Source: the human T2T-CHM13v2.0 reference genome, Homo sapiens
Reading direction: 5' to 3' (one strand)
Assembly: GCF_009914755.1 (NCBI RefSeq)
Contig: NC_060930.1
Length of the DNA: 64,000 bases
Below, piece by piece: positions 14,402-30,554 of the stretch. The notes beneath the pieces were generated by a model. The model searched no databases. It was not told the DNA's origin and was given only the letters and a program-made list of their open reading frames with translations. The translations under genes were made by a program, and so were the position numbers. Every line of letters starts with the position of its first letter. Position 1 is the first letter of the stretch.

Positions 14402-14704
14402 TTTTTCTTTTTTTCTTTTTTTTTTTAAAGATACGATCTCATGCTGCCACCCAGGCTGGAGTTCAGTGGTGCCACCATAGCTCACTGCAGCCTTGAACTC
14501 CTGGGCTAAAACGATCCTCCTACCTCAGCCTTCCAAGTAGCTAGAATCACCGGTGCACACCACCATGCCCAACTAATTTTTAAAAATTTTTTGTAGAGCC
14601 ATCCTCTTGCTATGTTGCCCAGGCTGGTCTTGAACTCTTCAAGTGATCTTCCCACCTCTGCCTCCCAAAGTGCTGAGATTATAGGTGTAAGCCACCTGCC
14701 TGGC
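14402..14704 (-). mobile_element. Alu (J-type)
   Basis: Reverse dimer, TSD-like agacaa(t/a)aaa. Confidence 0.92.
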
Positions 14705-15334
14705 AGACAAAAAAAAATTGTAAAAGGTCAAGGAAACTATTGGGAATGCGGATTGAGATCCATTCTCATTGTTGATGAATCCTCCCCTAAGTATATCATG
14801 CTTTGTGATATTCGCTATTGGTAGTGTTGTAGGTAGTTATAAATACATATAAATAAAATAAAATATAAAAATATAATAATATAGGATAATAAATATAATC
14901 AAAATATAAGTGTACATATATTAAAAGTGAGAGATCAACAATGTTTTGCTTCAAGAGAGCATATCAAAACAGTTCTTACAAGAGCATCGTGTCAGCCAGC
15001 ATTTCCCCAGCAGTGCGATGGAACACAAGTTCCTCAAGATATTACAGCAGTAGTTCTCCCAGCCCTTCTTCGCTAACAGGCTTCTGGGTTACCTGACGCT
15101 TTCCGTTCTTCTGGTAACATAAGGCAGCAAAGTGCTCACTAATCACAGGCTTTGGGTTGCATGTATTTTACCTAGCATCTCTGATCATTGTTTGCTCCAA
15201 ACCTGTTTGTGCCGGTTTTAACTGTCATTGTATTGAGATAATTTAATTAAAAACTATGTAAACCAGCGTAATAGGAATACAAAAAGAAAGAGATCTGTTG
15301 ATTCTAGAAAAACTAAATTGAAATTGATCATCTG

Positions 15335-15865
15335 TAGCACATCTAGTCAGTGAAACATTATTAAGCATTAAAAAGAAATGAGCTGTCAAGCCATGAAAAG
15401 ACATGGAAGAAGCTTAAATGCATATTACTAAGTGAAAGAAGCCAATGTGAAAAGGCAACATATTGTATGATTCCAAATATGACATTCTGGAAAAGGCGAA
15501 ACTATGGAGAGAGTAAAAAGATCAGTGCCTGCCACCATTTAGGAGGGTAGGAAGGAGGAATAGGCAGAGCACAGAGGATTTTGGGGCAGTGAAACTATTC
15601 TGTATGATACTAACATGGTGTATCCATGTCATCATATGTTATCCAAGCCCATAGGATGTAGGACACTAACAGTAAACCATAATGCAAACTATAGGCTTTG
15701 GATGATAATGACATGTCAATGTAGGTTCATTGATGGTAACAAATGCACCCTCTGTGGCAGGACATTGATGGTGGAGAATGTGTGTGAGGACCTTATGGGC
15801 ACTCTCAATACATTCCCCTCCATTCTGCTATGAACCTAAAATTGCTCTAAAAAAATTAAATGTAT
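15335..15865 (+). mobile_element. L1MC-type 3' end fragment, apparently inside an old Tigger-like element (~15190-16575)
   Basis: aagccatgaaaagacatggaagaagcttaaatgcatattactaagtgaaagaagcc L1M 3'UTR motifs. Confidence 0.7.
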
Positions 15866-15890
15866 TTGAAAAAGAAAATAAAGTAAAACA

Positions 15891-16109
15891 CCCGGGCGTG
15901 GTGGCTCACGCCTGTAATCCCAGCACTTCGTCTTGGCCAACATGGTGAAACCCTGTCTCTACTCAAAATACAAAAATTAGCCAGGCGTGCTGGAGGGCAG
16001 CTGTAATCCCAGCTACTCAAGAGGCTGAGGCAGTGAGCTGAGACTGCGCCATTGTGCTCCAGCCTGGGCAACAAGAGCGAAACTCTGTCTCAAAAAAAAA
16101 AAAAAAAAA
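15891..16109 (+). mobile_element. Alu with two internal deletions
   Basis: Missing ~45 nt in the left arm and ~35 nt in the right arm. Confidence 0.88.
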
Positions 16110-18479
16110 GAAAAGGAAAAAGAAAACAAAATAAAAATTACGTTGAAAGGATTTGGAAAACCTGAATAAAAGGCTAGTTGTGTAGAAAAAAGAAAAATTA
16201 TCAAATTGGTTATGAGACAGATGACTGAAAAGACTAGGTAAAATTGTGAAATTGTGCAAAATGATGTGTTTGGATTTTCATGGTCTTTTTCTTTCTCTAA
16301 AATCAAACAAACAAAAGTAGAAACTATAGACCAAGATTTATAGAAGAAAGATGGGGCAGAACTTCGGTCAGTGGGTACTTACAAAGAAAAGGCCTAGGCC
16401 CTATGTTAGATGACTGGCAGATGTTTGTAAATTTATGTATTTTAAGTTAAATAAAATGTTTTAGATAGTACATGTTATTTGTAAAGCATTCTCTGCTTTA
16501 ACTGACTTTTTTTTTTTTTTTAACTAACCAACTAACTCTTAGTCTTGAGTACATTGGATAGGAGGATTTCTACCATGTTTTTCAGGGTCGGTGGAGAAGG
16601 GTTTTGTTCATTTGTGTTTTGTTCAAAATAAGTTTGGGAAACTCAGGGTAAATAATGCTAAACAGTTTCCTCTACTCTAGAGCCTTTACTATCCAACTGT
16701 GCACTGTGAATCTCCAAAGGAGAGAGAATATGCAATGTTTTTTTATTTTTTATTTTATTTACTTCTTTATTTATTTGACCATAGAACCTTTTCCTCTCCT
16801 TGGAAACATTTATTATCAACACGAAGAATTAGTGTTCTGGGGAGCAGTTTGAAAACCACAAGAGTACAAGATGCATACATACTCTGCAATAAGGCTTTCA
16901 ACCTACCCACTTATTGGGGCGCCCCAGCTGGTTGGGAGAACAGCCTTGATTGGCAGTCATATGTCTTCAAGTTTCAGTTCTGCCTTGGTTTGGGACCCAG
17001 GAACCACTGAGGCACCAAAGGCTAGTGGTTGTGTTAGGGAAGTGGAATGTTACCCAGCCAAGATGTCCTTCCTAGAGGAAGGAGGCCTGGGGGTGGTGTG
17101 CAGAGAAGGAGAGAGGGGAAGTGGTTTGGCTAACAGGAAGTCAAAGTTTCCTCTAGTCAAATGACCTGGAACAGAGTGAGAGGAGAAAATGGAGTCCCAA
17201 CTTAACCCCCAGTGTGCTGTCTCCTTCCTACTTCCATGCTTCTGTCAAAAACGGCTGCCTCCTCTTAAAGAAGCCATGACCAAACACACACTGAAAATGA
17301 GACCCATTTGGAGACAGCCAACTCCTCTTTGCCAGGAATTGTTTCTTTTGGATGGATTCTGCTTTTCCTGGCTCCCTGACTCCTGCCTGCAGATGCAAAT
17401 GCATGTCTGAACCTGAATTCACGAGCAAGGAGAGAGTGCGGCCGAGCGCTCTGTTAAGTTTTCCCTTCAGCTGAGTGCAGAGCTAAACCCCAAACCAGCT
17501 CACTGGACATCTGCCAGGTGAGGGTCCCCATACTAGAAGTGTGCAACAGATGTGGTCCCTCACCAGGCTTATCTGTGAGCTGGAGACCTGCCACAACAGC
17601 ACCCTGGAAAAGATATCCAACTTCTCATCTGAAATACGCATGAGCCCTGTCTTGTCATAGCTTAGACTTTTAAAAAGTCTTAAACATCTTAAGAAGTGTG
17701 AATTGCTGGGCACATTAACTCTTGGATTTTCCATTTCAGCTGTACTGGGACAGTGGCAATGTGTCTTCTGGCCTTTATTTCCTAAAGGAAAAGCAAAAAC
17801 AGATTTATATGTTTATTATGGAAAGTAGTCAATTGTTAAAGAAACATAGAATCCCATTTTCAAAACCAGGACTTGGCAGTAAATAGCGTAAGTACAAATA
17901 CCAGAGGCTCTGGCTCTGTTGTGCCCACATTTCTGGGTGGACTGTGCTAGGTGTTTCGTCTTGGGAGCACTGAGCCTCCTGTCAGTAAATTGAGTGTGCA
18001 GGTAGGAAGTCTCATCTGAAATTAGAAACAGCTGGGGCAGGAGCAGGCTGGCAGGTGTCCCTGCTGATGACCAGCACCCCCCATTAACAGAAAACGGAGT
18101 GAGGTGGAGCGTGGCTCCTAAGTCCAACTCCATAGATCGCTTCCCTTCAGTATTCCCCTGGGACCACCACGAGGAGGTAGGCACTATCCAGCCAGTTCTT
18201 ACCATTGTAATTAACGTGCACATGTGCTTTTGCTCTTCCACGTGGATGGAAGTCAAGCAGTGTTGACATTCTCACATCGTTCCACCACTGTCATGTTATT
18301 TTTAAGTATCTTATTTTTAACAGATAATATATGCACATGGTTCCAAACTCAAAATGATGAAAAATATACATTTAGAGTCTTGTTGTCACCATGAACCCCC
18401 TTGCATCCTAGTCTGCCACCTGTACGTAACCACTTTCATTAGTTTTCTGCATGTTCTTTCAGTGCTGCTTTGTGCATAT

Positions 18480-20090
18480 ATTCATTCTTTCATTCAATAA
18501 CTATTCAATAAATATTTACATTCTTTCATTACAGGAACTATTCCATGTCCTAGGCTACTATATTTTAGGAAATATTTTAGGAATATATTCTTCCTTTCAT
18601 TGAGTTTATAATCTAGGAAGGGGTAGACAACAAGCGATAACATAAGAAAAAGGAAAGCAATGGAGTAAGGAAGGGTGGTGTTGCGGCGGTTTGAAGGGGT
18701 CCACTGCAATTTTAAATTGGGTGATTAGGGTAGACCTCACTGAGTGAGTGATGTTTTGAGCAAAAGTTTGAAATAAGGTGAGGAATTGAGCTATGAGGGT
18801 ATCTAAGGGAAGAGCATTCCAGACAGAAGGAACAAGCCATACAAAGGCCCTATGCAGAGCACGCCTATTATATTCAAAGAATAGCAAGGACCTAAGTGTG
18901 GCTGGAGTGGAGACCGTGAGGGAGAAAAAGTAGTAAGCGTTGAAGTCAGAGAGGGAGGGGGAAGGGGGGCAGACCATGCAAGGCCTTTTGAGGCTTTTGT
19001 GTTTACTCTAAATGCAGTGGGGACCAAGTCTCAGATTTTGAGTGTCATGATCTGGCTTATATTTTGACAGAATCTCTCTGGCTAAGGTGTGGAGAATAGG
19101 CTGTGAAGGAAGAAAGGGTGAAAGTAGAAAGAAGCTGGTGTGGAGGTTACTGCAATAACTGAAGAAAGGAGTGATGGTGGCTCAAACTTGGGAGCAGTGG
19201 AAATAGTGAATGGTCAAACTCTGGGCTTATTGTGAAGTAGGCACTAATGGGTTCAGTATTATTAGGTATGTGAGAAAGAAAAACCAATTATGACTCCAGC
19301 GTTCTCAATTGGGAAGATAGAATTTCTATCAGCTGAGAGGAAAACTGTGAAGCAAGTTAGGGAGGGAAGATTGGGAATTTGATTATGCACAAATTAAGTT
19401 TTAAATGCCTTTTAGACATCCAAGAAGACATGCCAAGTGAGTATTGGATCTAAATTTGCGAGTTGTCAGGATATGAATGGTATTTAGCTGTGAGACGAGA
19501 TGAGAACGCCAAGGGAGTGAATATATATAGAAGTGAGGAGGTGGACCACGGCTGAGCCCTGAGACACTCTAATGTTAACAGCTGGGGGTGGTGGGGGAGG
19601 AGAAATAGCAAAAGACATCTAGAAGGAATAGAAAGAACAAACGTTGAGTTAGGAAAACTAGGGCACCGCAGTGTCCCAATGCCTAGTGAAGGAGATTTCT
19701 CAAGCAGGAGGAAGCGACAAATTGTGTGAAATGCTGCTGGTAGTTGAGTAAAACCACTGGCTTTAGCCACGTGCAGATCACTGGTGTTTGTGACAAAATC
19801 AGTTTCAGTGAAGTGGTGGAGGTGAAAACCAGGTAAGTGGGGTTAAGAGAGAATTTGTAAGACGTCAAAGGCAGTTTAAGTATAGACTTCTCTATCTGGG
19901 AGTTTTGCTACAACAGGGTACAAAGAAATGAGGCAATAGCTGATGGGTGAAGTGGGGTCAAGAGAAAGGTTTTTATGAGACGAGAGAAATAATGTATACT
20001 ATTGTGAGTGATCCAGGAAAGAGGGGAGAAATGATGATAGAGAAGAAAGGGGAGTTTCTGGGGTAGTAATCCTAGTAGGCTTGAGGGGAT
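18480..20090. mobile_element. long L2 fragment
   Basis: cattcaataaatattt end plus purine-rich L2 body; boundaries approximate. Confidence 0.65.
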
Positions 20091-20401
20091 ATCCTCCCCC
20101 TTTATTATCATTTTAGTTATCTTTCTTATAAAATGTGGCATTTTATGGCCACTGTTCTGCACCTTGCCTTTTTCATTTAACAATCTGTGCTTCTTTTCAT
20201 AACAGTATATGGAGAATTTTTCTTTTTTTCACAGCTGCGTACTATTTCATTGGAAGGATATGCCATAGTTTAAGTACGCCCTGAAGGGTGGACACTTGTG
20301 TGCTTCCAAGCTTTTGCTGCCATAACCAATGTTCCTCTGAATAACTCTGGTTATTTTCTTTAAATTTTTATATTTTTTCAAATTTATTTACCTTTTTTAT
20401 T

Positions 20402-21978
<1,577 letters not shown>

Positions 21979-21993
21979 GTGCAACCCCTTTAA

Positions 21994-22225
<232 letters not shown>

Positions 22226-22681
22226 CTTTGTATATGCCTCATCCCATCTGTGTCAGCCATATTGCTGCTTCAATCTTGGAGCTAAAGTTCAGTCTGTCAA
22301 CATTTCTAATCTGTAACTCTAACTTCTCTCTTTTGAATTTCCTCTCCTTTTTTATCACTATTATATATTCAAGTTAATTTTGCCCTCTAGCACTAGGAAC
22401 TTAAGCAGATAAATATAATAGCTGTTCATTTATTTCTGATCATTGTTTTAGACCAAAATAATTGGCAGATACATAGAAGGCCTTAATAAAAATAAAGATG
22501 ATGTAGGATTGATACTAATATTTGATTTGGGGTTTTTAGTTATGGTAATGGAATATTCCCTGGATTTCATAGGTGCTCTTCCAAATCTTTGCATTAGGAG
22601 TCAGGTTAGAGATCTTCCTAGTTCCCATGTTCCAGAGGGTCTTGGATCCCCAGTTGCCCAGCCCCCATTAGTTTTTGCATA

Positions 22682-22924
22682 CAGTTGACCTTTGAACAAC
22701 ATGGTTTGAACTGTGCACGTCCACTGATACACAGATTTTTTTTCAACCAGATGAGGATAGAAAATACAGCATTCGGGATGTGAAAACCACGTGTGCAGAG
22801 GGCAGATATTTGTATCCACGAGCTCCCCAGGGCTGACTGCAGGATTTGAATATGCATGGATTCAGGATCTGAGGGTGTTCCTGGGAACAATCCCCAGTCC
22901 CCTGCATGTATCAAGGGGCAGCTG
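22682..22924. mobile_element. MER8 (Tigger2-derived MITE)
   Basis: ta|CAGTTGACC...GGGGCAGCTG termini, ~243 bp. Confidence 0.8.
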
Positions 22925-23039
22925 AGTTTAGAAACAGCTTATTGTGTCCCATGTTCTGTCTCAGAGAGTTGCCATTTTATAGCCATTAATGACAGCACAA
23001 TGTTTTGTGGTACTAGTGCCAGTATGTTTTTCCCCCTAG

Positions 23040-23149
23040 ATCTCTGGAAACACCAAGTCATGAAAGAAAACTTTTCAGTCTCAAGACCACAAATAGTTGA
23101 AAAATTTATACAGAGATTAATGTAGAATTATCAGGATGATGGAGTAGAG
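23040..23149 (+). pseudogene. CCDC162P: CCDC162P exon G with premature stop (DLWKHQVMKE...IQRLM*NYQDDGVE)
   Basis: tccccctag| ... GAG|gtatgt; 110 nt, phase 1->0; in-frame TAG 23123-23125. Confidence 0.88.
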
Positions 23150-23308
23150 GTATGTATTGAAAATTAGTCATTCTGTTGGTTTTTATAACATCATCCCAAA
23201 CAAGGAAAACTTTCTCATTTAATGGATCTCCTAATGCTTCCCTTATTCCCTAAGAATGATTATATGAATACTGAGGCTAAGCCCAAAGTAGAGCAATTGT
23301 TAGTTATT

Positions 23309-23607
23309 TTTTTCCTTTTTTTTTTTTTTTGAAATGGAGTCTCCCAGACTTGAGTGTAGTGGCACGATCTCGGCTTCACTGCAACCTCCGCCTCCCGGGT
23401 TCAAGCGATTCTCCTGCCTCAGCCCCCTGAGTAGCTAGGACCACAGGCATGTGCCACCACACCCAGCTGATTTTTGTGTATTTTTAGTAGAGACGGGGTT
23501 TCACCAAGTTGGCCAGACTGGTCTCGAACTCCTGACCCCCAGGTGATCCACCTGCCTTGGCCTACTAAAGTGCTGGGATTACAGGTATGAGCCACCACCA
23601 TGCTCAG
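23309..23607 (-). mobile_element. Alu
   Basis: Reverse dimer. Confidence 0.92.
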
Positions 23608-24576
23608 CTGTAATCATTAGTTTTTAATTTTGGAAAAAAATTGATTTCCACTAAAGATCTGAGTAATTAGAATACATACGTTGGCAAATTTCAAATTTGG
23701 TCAATTTTTTTAAAGTAACCTTGGAGTTTGTTTATGAATGAGTTGGTTTTTAGCAACATATTCTGTTGTTGATTTGTTAGTATGGAAAGCCTGAATGAGG
23801 AAAACCAAAATAGCCTATAATGCTGTTACCTAGAAAACATTAAAATGTAGCATATGAAAAAAAGCCAATAGCACAGAAAGCTAGCATTTTCACCTGTCCC
23901 CATGCCACCATCTCCAGCTTCCTCTGCAAAGGAAGCCAGCTTCAGCAATCTGTGTGTGTCCTTCCAGAAAAAATATTCAAATCCGTGACAACTCTATATA
24001 TTATATTAAATAATAATATACATTTAATACATACACACATGCATATACACAGTCCTTGGAGTTTTGAAACATGTTTATTCTTGGCAGGAAGTGCCTTGCT
24101 AAATCAAAGCAACCCACTGAAAAGGCAGGATAAGAGAGTAGACGTAGATATTTGACCATAACAGAGTTTTGTGGAGTGTTAACAAGTGCTTTTAGGTAAC
24201 TGTGAATCCAGTTTCCTTTGAAACTCAACCATTTAAAGAAATTTGACTTGGCAAAACATACTTCATTTTTTTAAATGTCTTCTCCAAATTTACATTTTTC
24301 CAAGTTCTTCAAATGTTCTCCATTATTTTATAATACACATCTCAGTTCTTATGAGGTAGAGAATTCACAAGCTTGGTTGGGGATACATTTTTCCTCAGAA
24401 CTTGATGACTTACATGTATTAGTTTAAGCTTTCAATCATAAACAAACATGGTACTGGGTACTCTGAGTGGGTGAAGTAGTTTCCCATCCTTGAGATAAGG
24501 AAGTGGTTAGGGTGGGGCATATCAGAAAAATGGATGGAAAAATTTTGTGGCTCACCTTATAAAGGAAGGAAATTCT

Positions 24577-24987
<411 letters not shown>

Positions 24988-25514
24988 CTAGAGTAGCCAA
25001 ATTCAGAGAGACAGAAAGGATGGTGGTTGCCAGGGGCTGAGAGGAAAGAATAGGTAATTACTGTTTATCGGGTACAGGATTTTTGTTTTACAAAATGAAG
25101 AGTTCTGGCAGTGGATGGTGGTGATAGTTGCCCAGCAATGTGAATATACTTAATGCCATTGAACTGTACCTTTGAAAATGGTATAGTGACAAATTTTATG
25201 TTTAACACAATAAAAACAACAGTTTAGTGACTGAAGTCCTTCTCATTTCTTATCTGTATGCTTCACCCCAACATTGAGGTCTTGTGGGAAAGAAGCATGA
25301 ATGTCAGTAGGCAGAGCAAACCCATATCAGGTACACCCCACACTCTGGGCACACTTGAAGAGGCTGGTGTCAGCCTGCCAGTGTCTTGAAGTCAGGGTCC
25401 TCAGGATGCCCCAGCCTCTCCAAAGTCTGTGCCTGGTAGGCTTCTAGCCTTTTCTGGATCATCTGCAGTAACAGGGAACTTACTCTTCCAGCCACCCCCT
25501 GTCTCCATCATGGA

Positions 25515-25758
25515 TATGGTGCAATCTTGGCTCACTGCAACCTCTACCTCCTGTGTTCAAGTGATGCTCCTGCTTCAGCCTCCCAAGTAGCTAGGATTAC
25601 AGGCACATGCCACCACACCTGGCTAATTTTTGTATTTTTAGTAGAGGCAGCGTTTCACCATGTTGCCCAGGCTGGTCTTGAGCTCCTGACCTCCAGTGAT
25701 CTGCCTGCCTCGGCTTCCCAGAGTGCTGGGATTACAGGTGTGAGCCACTGCCCCCAGC
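25515..25758 (-). mobile_element. Alu (partial, tail missing)
   Basis: Reverse Alu body. Confidence 0.88.
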
Positions 25759-27502
25759 CCACTGATGTGTTTTGTCAGCAGAGGTGGGTGTTTTAGAAAC
25801 ATCCTCAAGATACCTCGTGTGTGCCTGATATTAAACAAATTGTTACAAGGGATTCCAAGATGAAGCAAACCACAGAAACTCAATTGCTGCTGGCAGGCCT
25901 CAGGGCTAGACTTTGGCCATAACAAGGCCCAGTGCTTGCCATGCTTCACCCCAGGCTGGTTCTCTTGAAGAATCCCTGGGGTAATCTGCTGCTCTTCCAC
26001 CCAGTGCCATCCATCATGGTTCAGGTTTGAATGATGGTGACAGAACAGCCCAGTGGAAGGCGGTGCTGCTTATTGGGCAGAACTGGGCCAATAATCTTAG
26101 TCTGCAGCTCTTATGCCAGCCAGGGTCTTGGAGAAGAAACTGGCCAATGGTACCCACTCACGCTGCATTTTGACACAAGCACAGGTGACATTTACAGTGA
26201 CCCAGGGAGGCAGGGGTAGGTTGCAGAGCAAGTTTTAGGAAATAAATTGCTCCGAGAGCCCAGAGAAGGCTGAGCCCACGGAAGCCACACCGGCTGCTTC
26301 ATGTGCTGCTTCCAGGAGGCCAAGTGCACAGGGTGCAAGACCAAAGCTTACCTGGAGAGAGGGGCTGCTGGGAGCCTGAGAGCCTCCCTGCACCCCTCCC
26401 TCACTGGCCACTCACTGCTTCCTGTCTGCCCCTCCTCAGACATGCTCCCTGTCCCATGTCCCCTGCAGGTACTCTGCCTGCACCCTTCTCCCTCTCCCTG
26501 CTTCCAGCCTCTCTCCCCTTGAGCTGTGCTTTCAGCTCAACCTCTTGAGGCCTCAGTAGAGCTCTGAGAGAAGGAAGCAATAGAACTTCTATGGCCTCTG
26601 GAGATGCTCAAGGAGAGTCCTACCTTTCCCACCTCTTTGGTGTTATACAGACTCACCACAGACTCCTCCTGCTGGCCAGGTAAAACATCATGTTGGCTCA
26701 GAGGGCATGGCAGAGGGCCACTGTGGTCCAGTTGTGCGTTTCTGTGGGTTTGGGATCCTATATCTGCAGAGGCTATGGTGGCATTACTATGAGAAGTGTT
26801 TGCCCTGCATAAGAGCTGTTGGATGCCCTGTTGGCACACCCATGTCTGGGCACTCATACCCAGGATAGTAAAGACTGAGTTGCTGTGGCTGGCTCAGAGC
26901 ACTAGGCCCAGAAGAGGTCACTGGCCACACCTTGCTGAACTCCAGTAGGGTCTTGTGACTTCTCATGGCTGCAGGCTTTCATTACAGTCAAACCAGGAAG
27001 TGCTTCCTTTGTCATGACCAAACCCGTGTAGCCTTGCCCTTTCACCAGGAGGTCAAGGTCCAGGGGTAGAATCTTGAGTTCTCTTTGCCTTGTGTCAGCA
27101 ACTAAACCATGGCTGTCCTGGTGCTTGCTCTCCAGAGACTGGGTGGGGCAAGAAGGGTAACGGGCAGGTCATCCTGCCCTCACCCCACCCACTAATGCAG
27201 CCCCTTGAGGAGGGCCCTAGAGTGTGAGTGGGAGACACTGAGTTCCTGCCCCTCACTGCCCCATCCACTGCTCATTAAATGCAGCGTGAGCAGAGGTTTC
27301 CATCTGCTGCTTTATTGCCCGTATCTTGATCATATCCTGCCAAGCTGATATAGTTGATGACTTTTTAAAAAGCTCAACTATCTTTAGATTACTATATGCA
27401 TTTTATTTTTACATATATTTACATAATTATTTTAGTTATATACATTTTATGATTATATTGTAGTAGAAAATATACTCATAATCTTAGTGCTCATTGATAA
27501 CC

Positions 27503-27805
27503 ATTATTATTATTATTATTTTTTTTTTTTTTTAAGAGACAGGTCACCCAGGCTGGAGTGCAGTGGCCTGATCATACCTCACTGCAGCTTCAAACTCCTG
27601 GGCTCAAGTGCTCCTCCAACCTCAGCCTCCTGAAGCTAGGACTACAGGCACACACCACCATGCCCAGCTAGTTTTTGTATTTCTTTTTTGTAAAGATGGG
27701 GTCTCACTTTGTTGGCCAGGCTGATCTCAAACTCCTGGCCTCAAGCAATCCCTCCTTGGCCTCCCAAAGTGCTGGGATTACAGATGTGAGCCACAGCACC
27801 TAGCC
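27503..27805 (-). mobile_element. Alu (J-type)
   Basis: Reverse dimer, (TAT)n/T tail. Confidence 0.92.
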
Positions 27806-27873
27806 TCCACTATTATTATTTTGACATATTTTCTTCCAAACTTTATTTATAACACTTTTCTACTCATGCACTT

Positions 27874-28240
27874 TGATATAGGTTGGCTGTGTCCCCACCC
27901 AAACCTCACCTTGAATTGTAACTCCCACAATTCCCACATGTTGTGGGAGGAACCCAGTGGGAGGTGATTGAATCATGGGGGTGGGTATTTACTGCACTGT
28001 TCTTACCATAGTGAATGAGGCTCACAAGATTTGATGGTTTTAAAAACAGGAGTTTCCCTGCAAAAGCTCTCTTTCTTTGCTGCCATCTGTGTAAGACGTG
28101 ACTTGCTCCTCCTTGCCTTTCACCATGATTGTGAGGCCTCCCCAGCCATGTTGAACTATAAGTCCATTAAACCTCTTTCTTTTGTAAATTGCCCATTCTC
28201 AGGTATGTCTTTTTCAGCAGTGTGAAAATGGACTAATACA
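27874..28240 (+). mobile_element. THE1 (MaLR) solo LTR, sense to CCDC162P
   Basis: TGATAT...GGACTAATACA, 5-bp TSD CACTT, donor CAG|GTATGT at 28202/28203. Confidence 0.92.
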
Positions 28241-29027
28241 CACTTTTTTTTTTTTTACAAAATAAGATTATTCTGCATGACCTTTTTTTATAGCATGCTT
28301 TTTTGTTCACTTGACAATATGTTATAAAGATCTTTCCTCATCAATAAACATATGTCCATTTATGGTGGCCATTCAGTATTTCGTCATGTCTATGAGCCAG
28401 ATGGATTCAACTCATTTCCATTGTTAGGCATTTTAGGTCGTTTCCATTTTTCTTTTCTATTGGAAAAAATATAAAGACATATGTAAAATATGTAAAAATA
28501 TAAAAACATACATAAACATCTGTTTACGTATGTTTTTGTGGATAACTTTTATTCCCTAAATTCCTAGAAGAGGAGCTACTAAGTCAAAAGTCACAAGCAT
28601 GTAAAATCTTGTCATATATTCTGTCAGCTTGCCTCCAAAATAGATTCTGTCTCCTCTCCCCAGCTGCAGCGAGTGAGCCACTGTCCTTACTCTCCTCCAT
28701 CAGGGCTCGTCTTACTGCTATTTGCCATCTCTGCTAGTTTGCCTCAATAACTTACCTTGGCCAAGCCCATGGTAGGCTTTCACTGGAGGTCAGTGGAGCA
28801 CTGGGGTTGCAATGATAGGACAGTGCCCTGGGCCTTCCAGGACAAGCAAATCAGAGCCAGGAGGATCCCCTAGGCTCAAAGGACAGGCTGGCTTCAATGG
28901 TAGATGGCCAGGGAGCAGGAGCCGGCCTGACCCCAGAAGTGTCACAGATAAAACTCACGTTACAGTGTAGGCTGGGTCTTAGACTTGGCCCCATAAACTT
29001 TCTCACCCCCCATCCCTGCAGATAGAT

Positions 29028-29055
29028 ACACACACACACACACACACACACACAC
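29028..29055. repeat. (CA)n microsatellite
   Basis: ~14 units. Confidence 0.95.
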
Positions 29056-29731
29056 TCATTGATGCACAGAGGGACAAACACACTCGCATAGATATGCAGG
29101 TCCTAGTTAGGTAGGTCTGTCCTACCTTCCAAATATTGGCTCCCATTTCTCTCCAGAACCTAAATCTAAGCCTGCCTTGGAAGGTTGGGCTGTTCCTTAA
29201 TTGCCACCTATTCAAAAAGTATGCTCAATCTCCTGGAGAAAGGGAATGAGTGGAATTGCCTAGAGAATGAGCTGTGTGGCCCTTAGACCAGAGCAAGAGA
29301 AGCCCCTGCCAGATACCCCATATACCAGAGGGCCCCTCTCTGGCCTTTCTCCAGCCATGACCTTCCCCACAAGGTAAGAAATCCCCTGGGCCACAGGGAC
29401 ATATCCACTCAGAGCCCTGGCCTTCATTTTAGACCATGCTCCAAGTACCTGGGACCTGGAATTCCCTGAGTCCCTGGCCTGAATGGGCCTCCTCCCTGGA
29501 TCACCTTCCCCCGAGTGAGAGTGGACCTCATCACTAGTGTGCACACCCCTGGCCTGGAAGTGGCCAAGAGGCGACTGGGCGTGTGGATGGAGTTTGGACA
29601 TGCAGGCTAGGATGTCCACTCACAGGCATGTGAAGACCTCACAGCATGACATGAGGCCAGAGCTGGGAAGAGAAGGGGGTCACACTGTAAACTACAGGTT
29701 GGGGACCAGCCTTCCCCAGGTCACCACACTA

Positions 29732-30082
<351 letters not shown>

Positions 30083-30404
30083 TCAAATCTGGCTTTCCAG
30101 GTCATTTTTCAGGTCTGTTTTTCAAGGTAGGAGAATTAAACATTTCATTCTGATATTTTGTTAGTTTGATTTATAACCTTTCAATGTTTTGACATGCGCT
30201 ATGTGGGCTTCCATTGTCCTCGTGTCCTTACAAATGTTCAAAGCTGACTTGAAAGAGAGGCTTGCAAGGCTAGAGCCCATGGTTGGATATAGAGGAGAAA
30301 CAAAAGTGGGTCTGTGAGCCAAGGCAAAGAGTGCCTGGGGCCCTGGCATGATGAGGCTGCACTGCTGGAGTGGCTGTGAATAATGAATGCCTCTTTCCTT
30401 TCAG

Positions 30405-30554
30405 ATCACTTTCAGGAAAGATCACCTTGAGGCCTGCCTCCTTTCCCTGGGTTGTGATGTGATGGCAAGAGAATGCAGCAACTTTGAGACCTACTCCATG
30501 TGCTATGAGCATGTGTTGCATCATGCTAGGCAGAGGCTCAGCCAGAAAGAGCAA
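30405..30554 (+). pseudogene. CCDC162P: CCDC162P exon H (ITFRKDHLEA...RLSQKEQ)
   Basis: ttcctttcag| ... CAA|gtaggt; 150 nt, phase 0->0. Confidence 0.88.

Noticed and set aside
23123-23131. Programmed readthrough or selenocysteine recoding of the stop
   Set aside because: Codon is TAG followed by AAT, not UGA-CUAG or UAG-CAR; no SECIS-like element seen in the short 3'UTR
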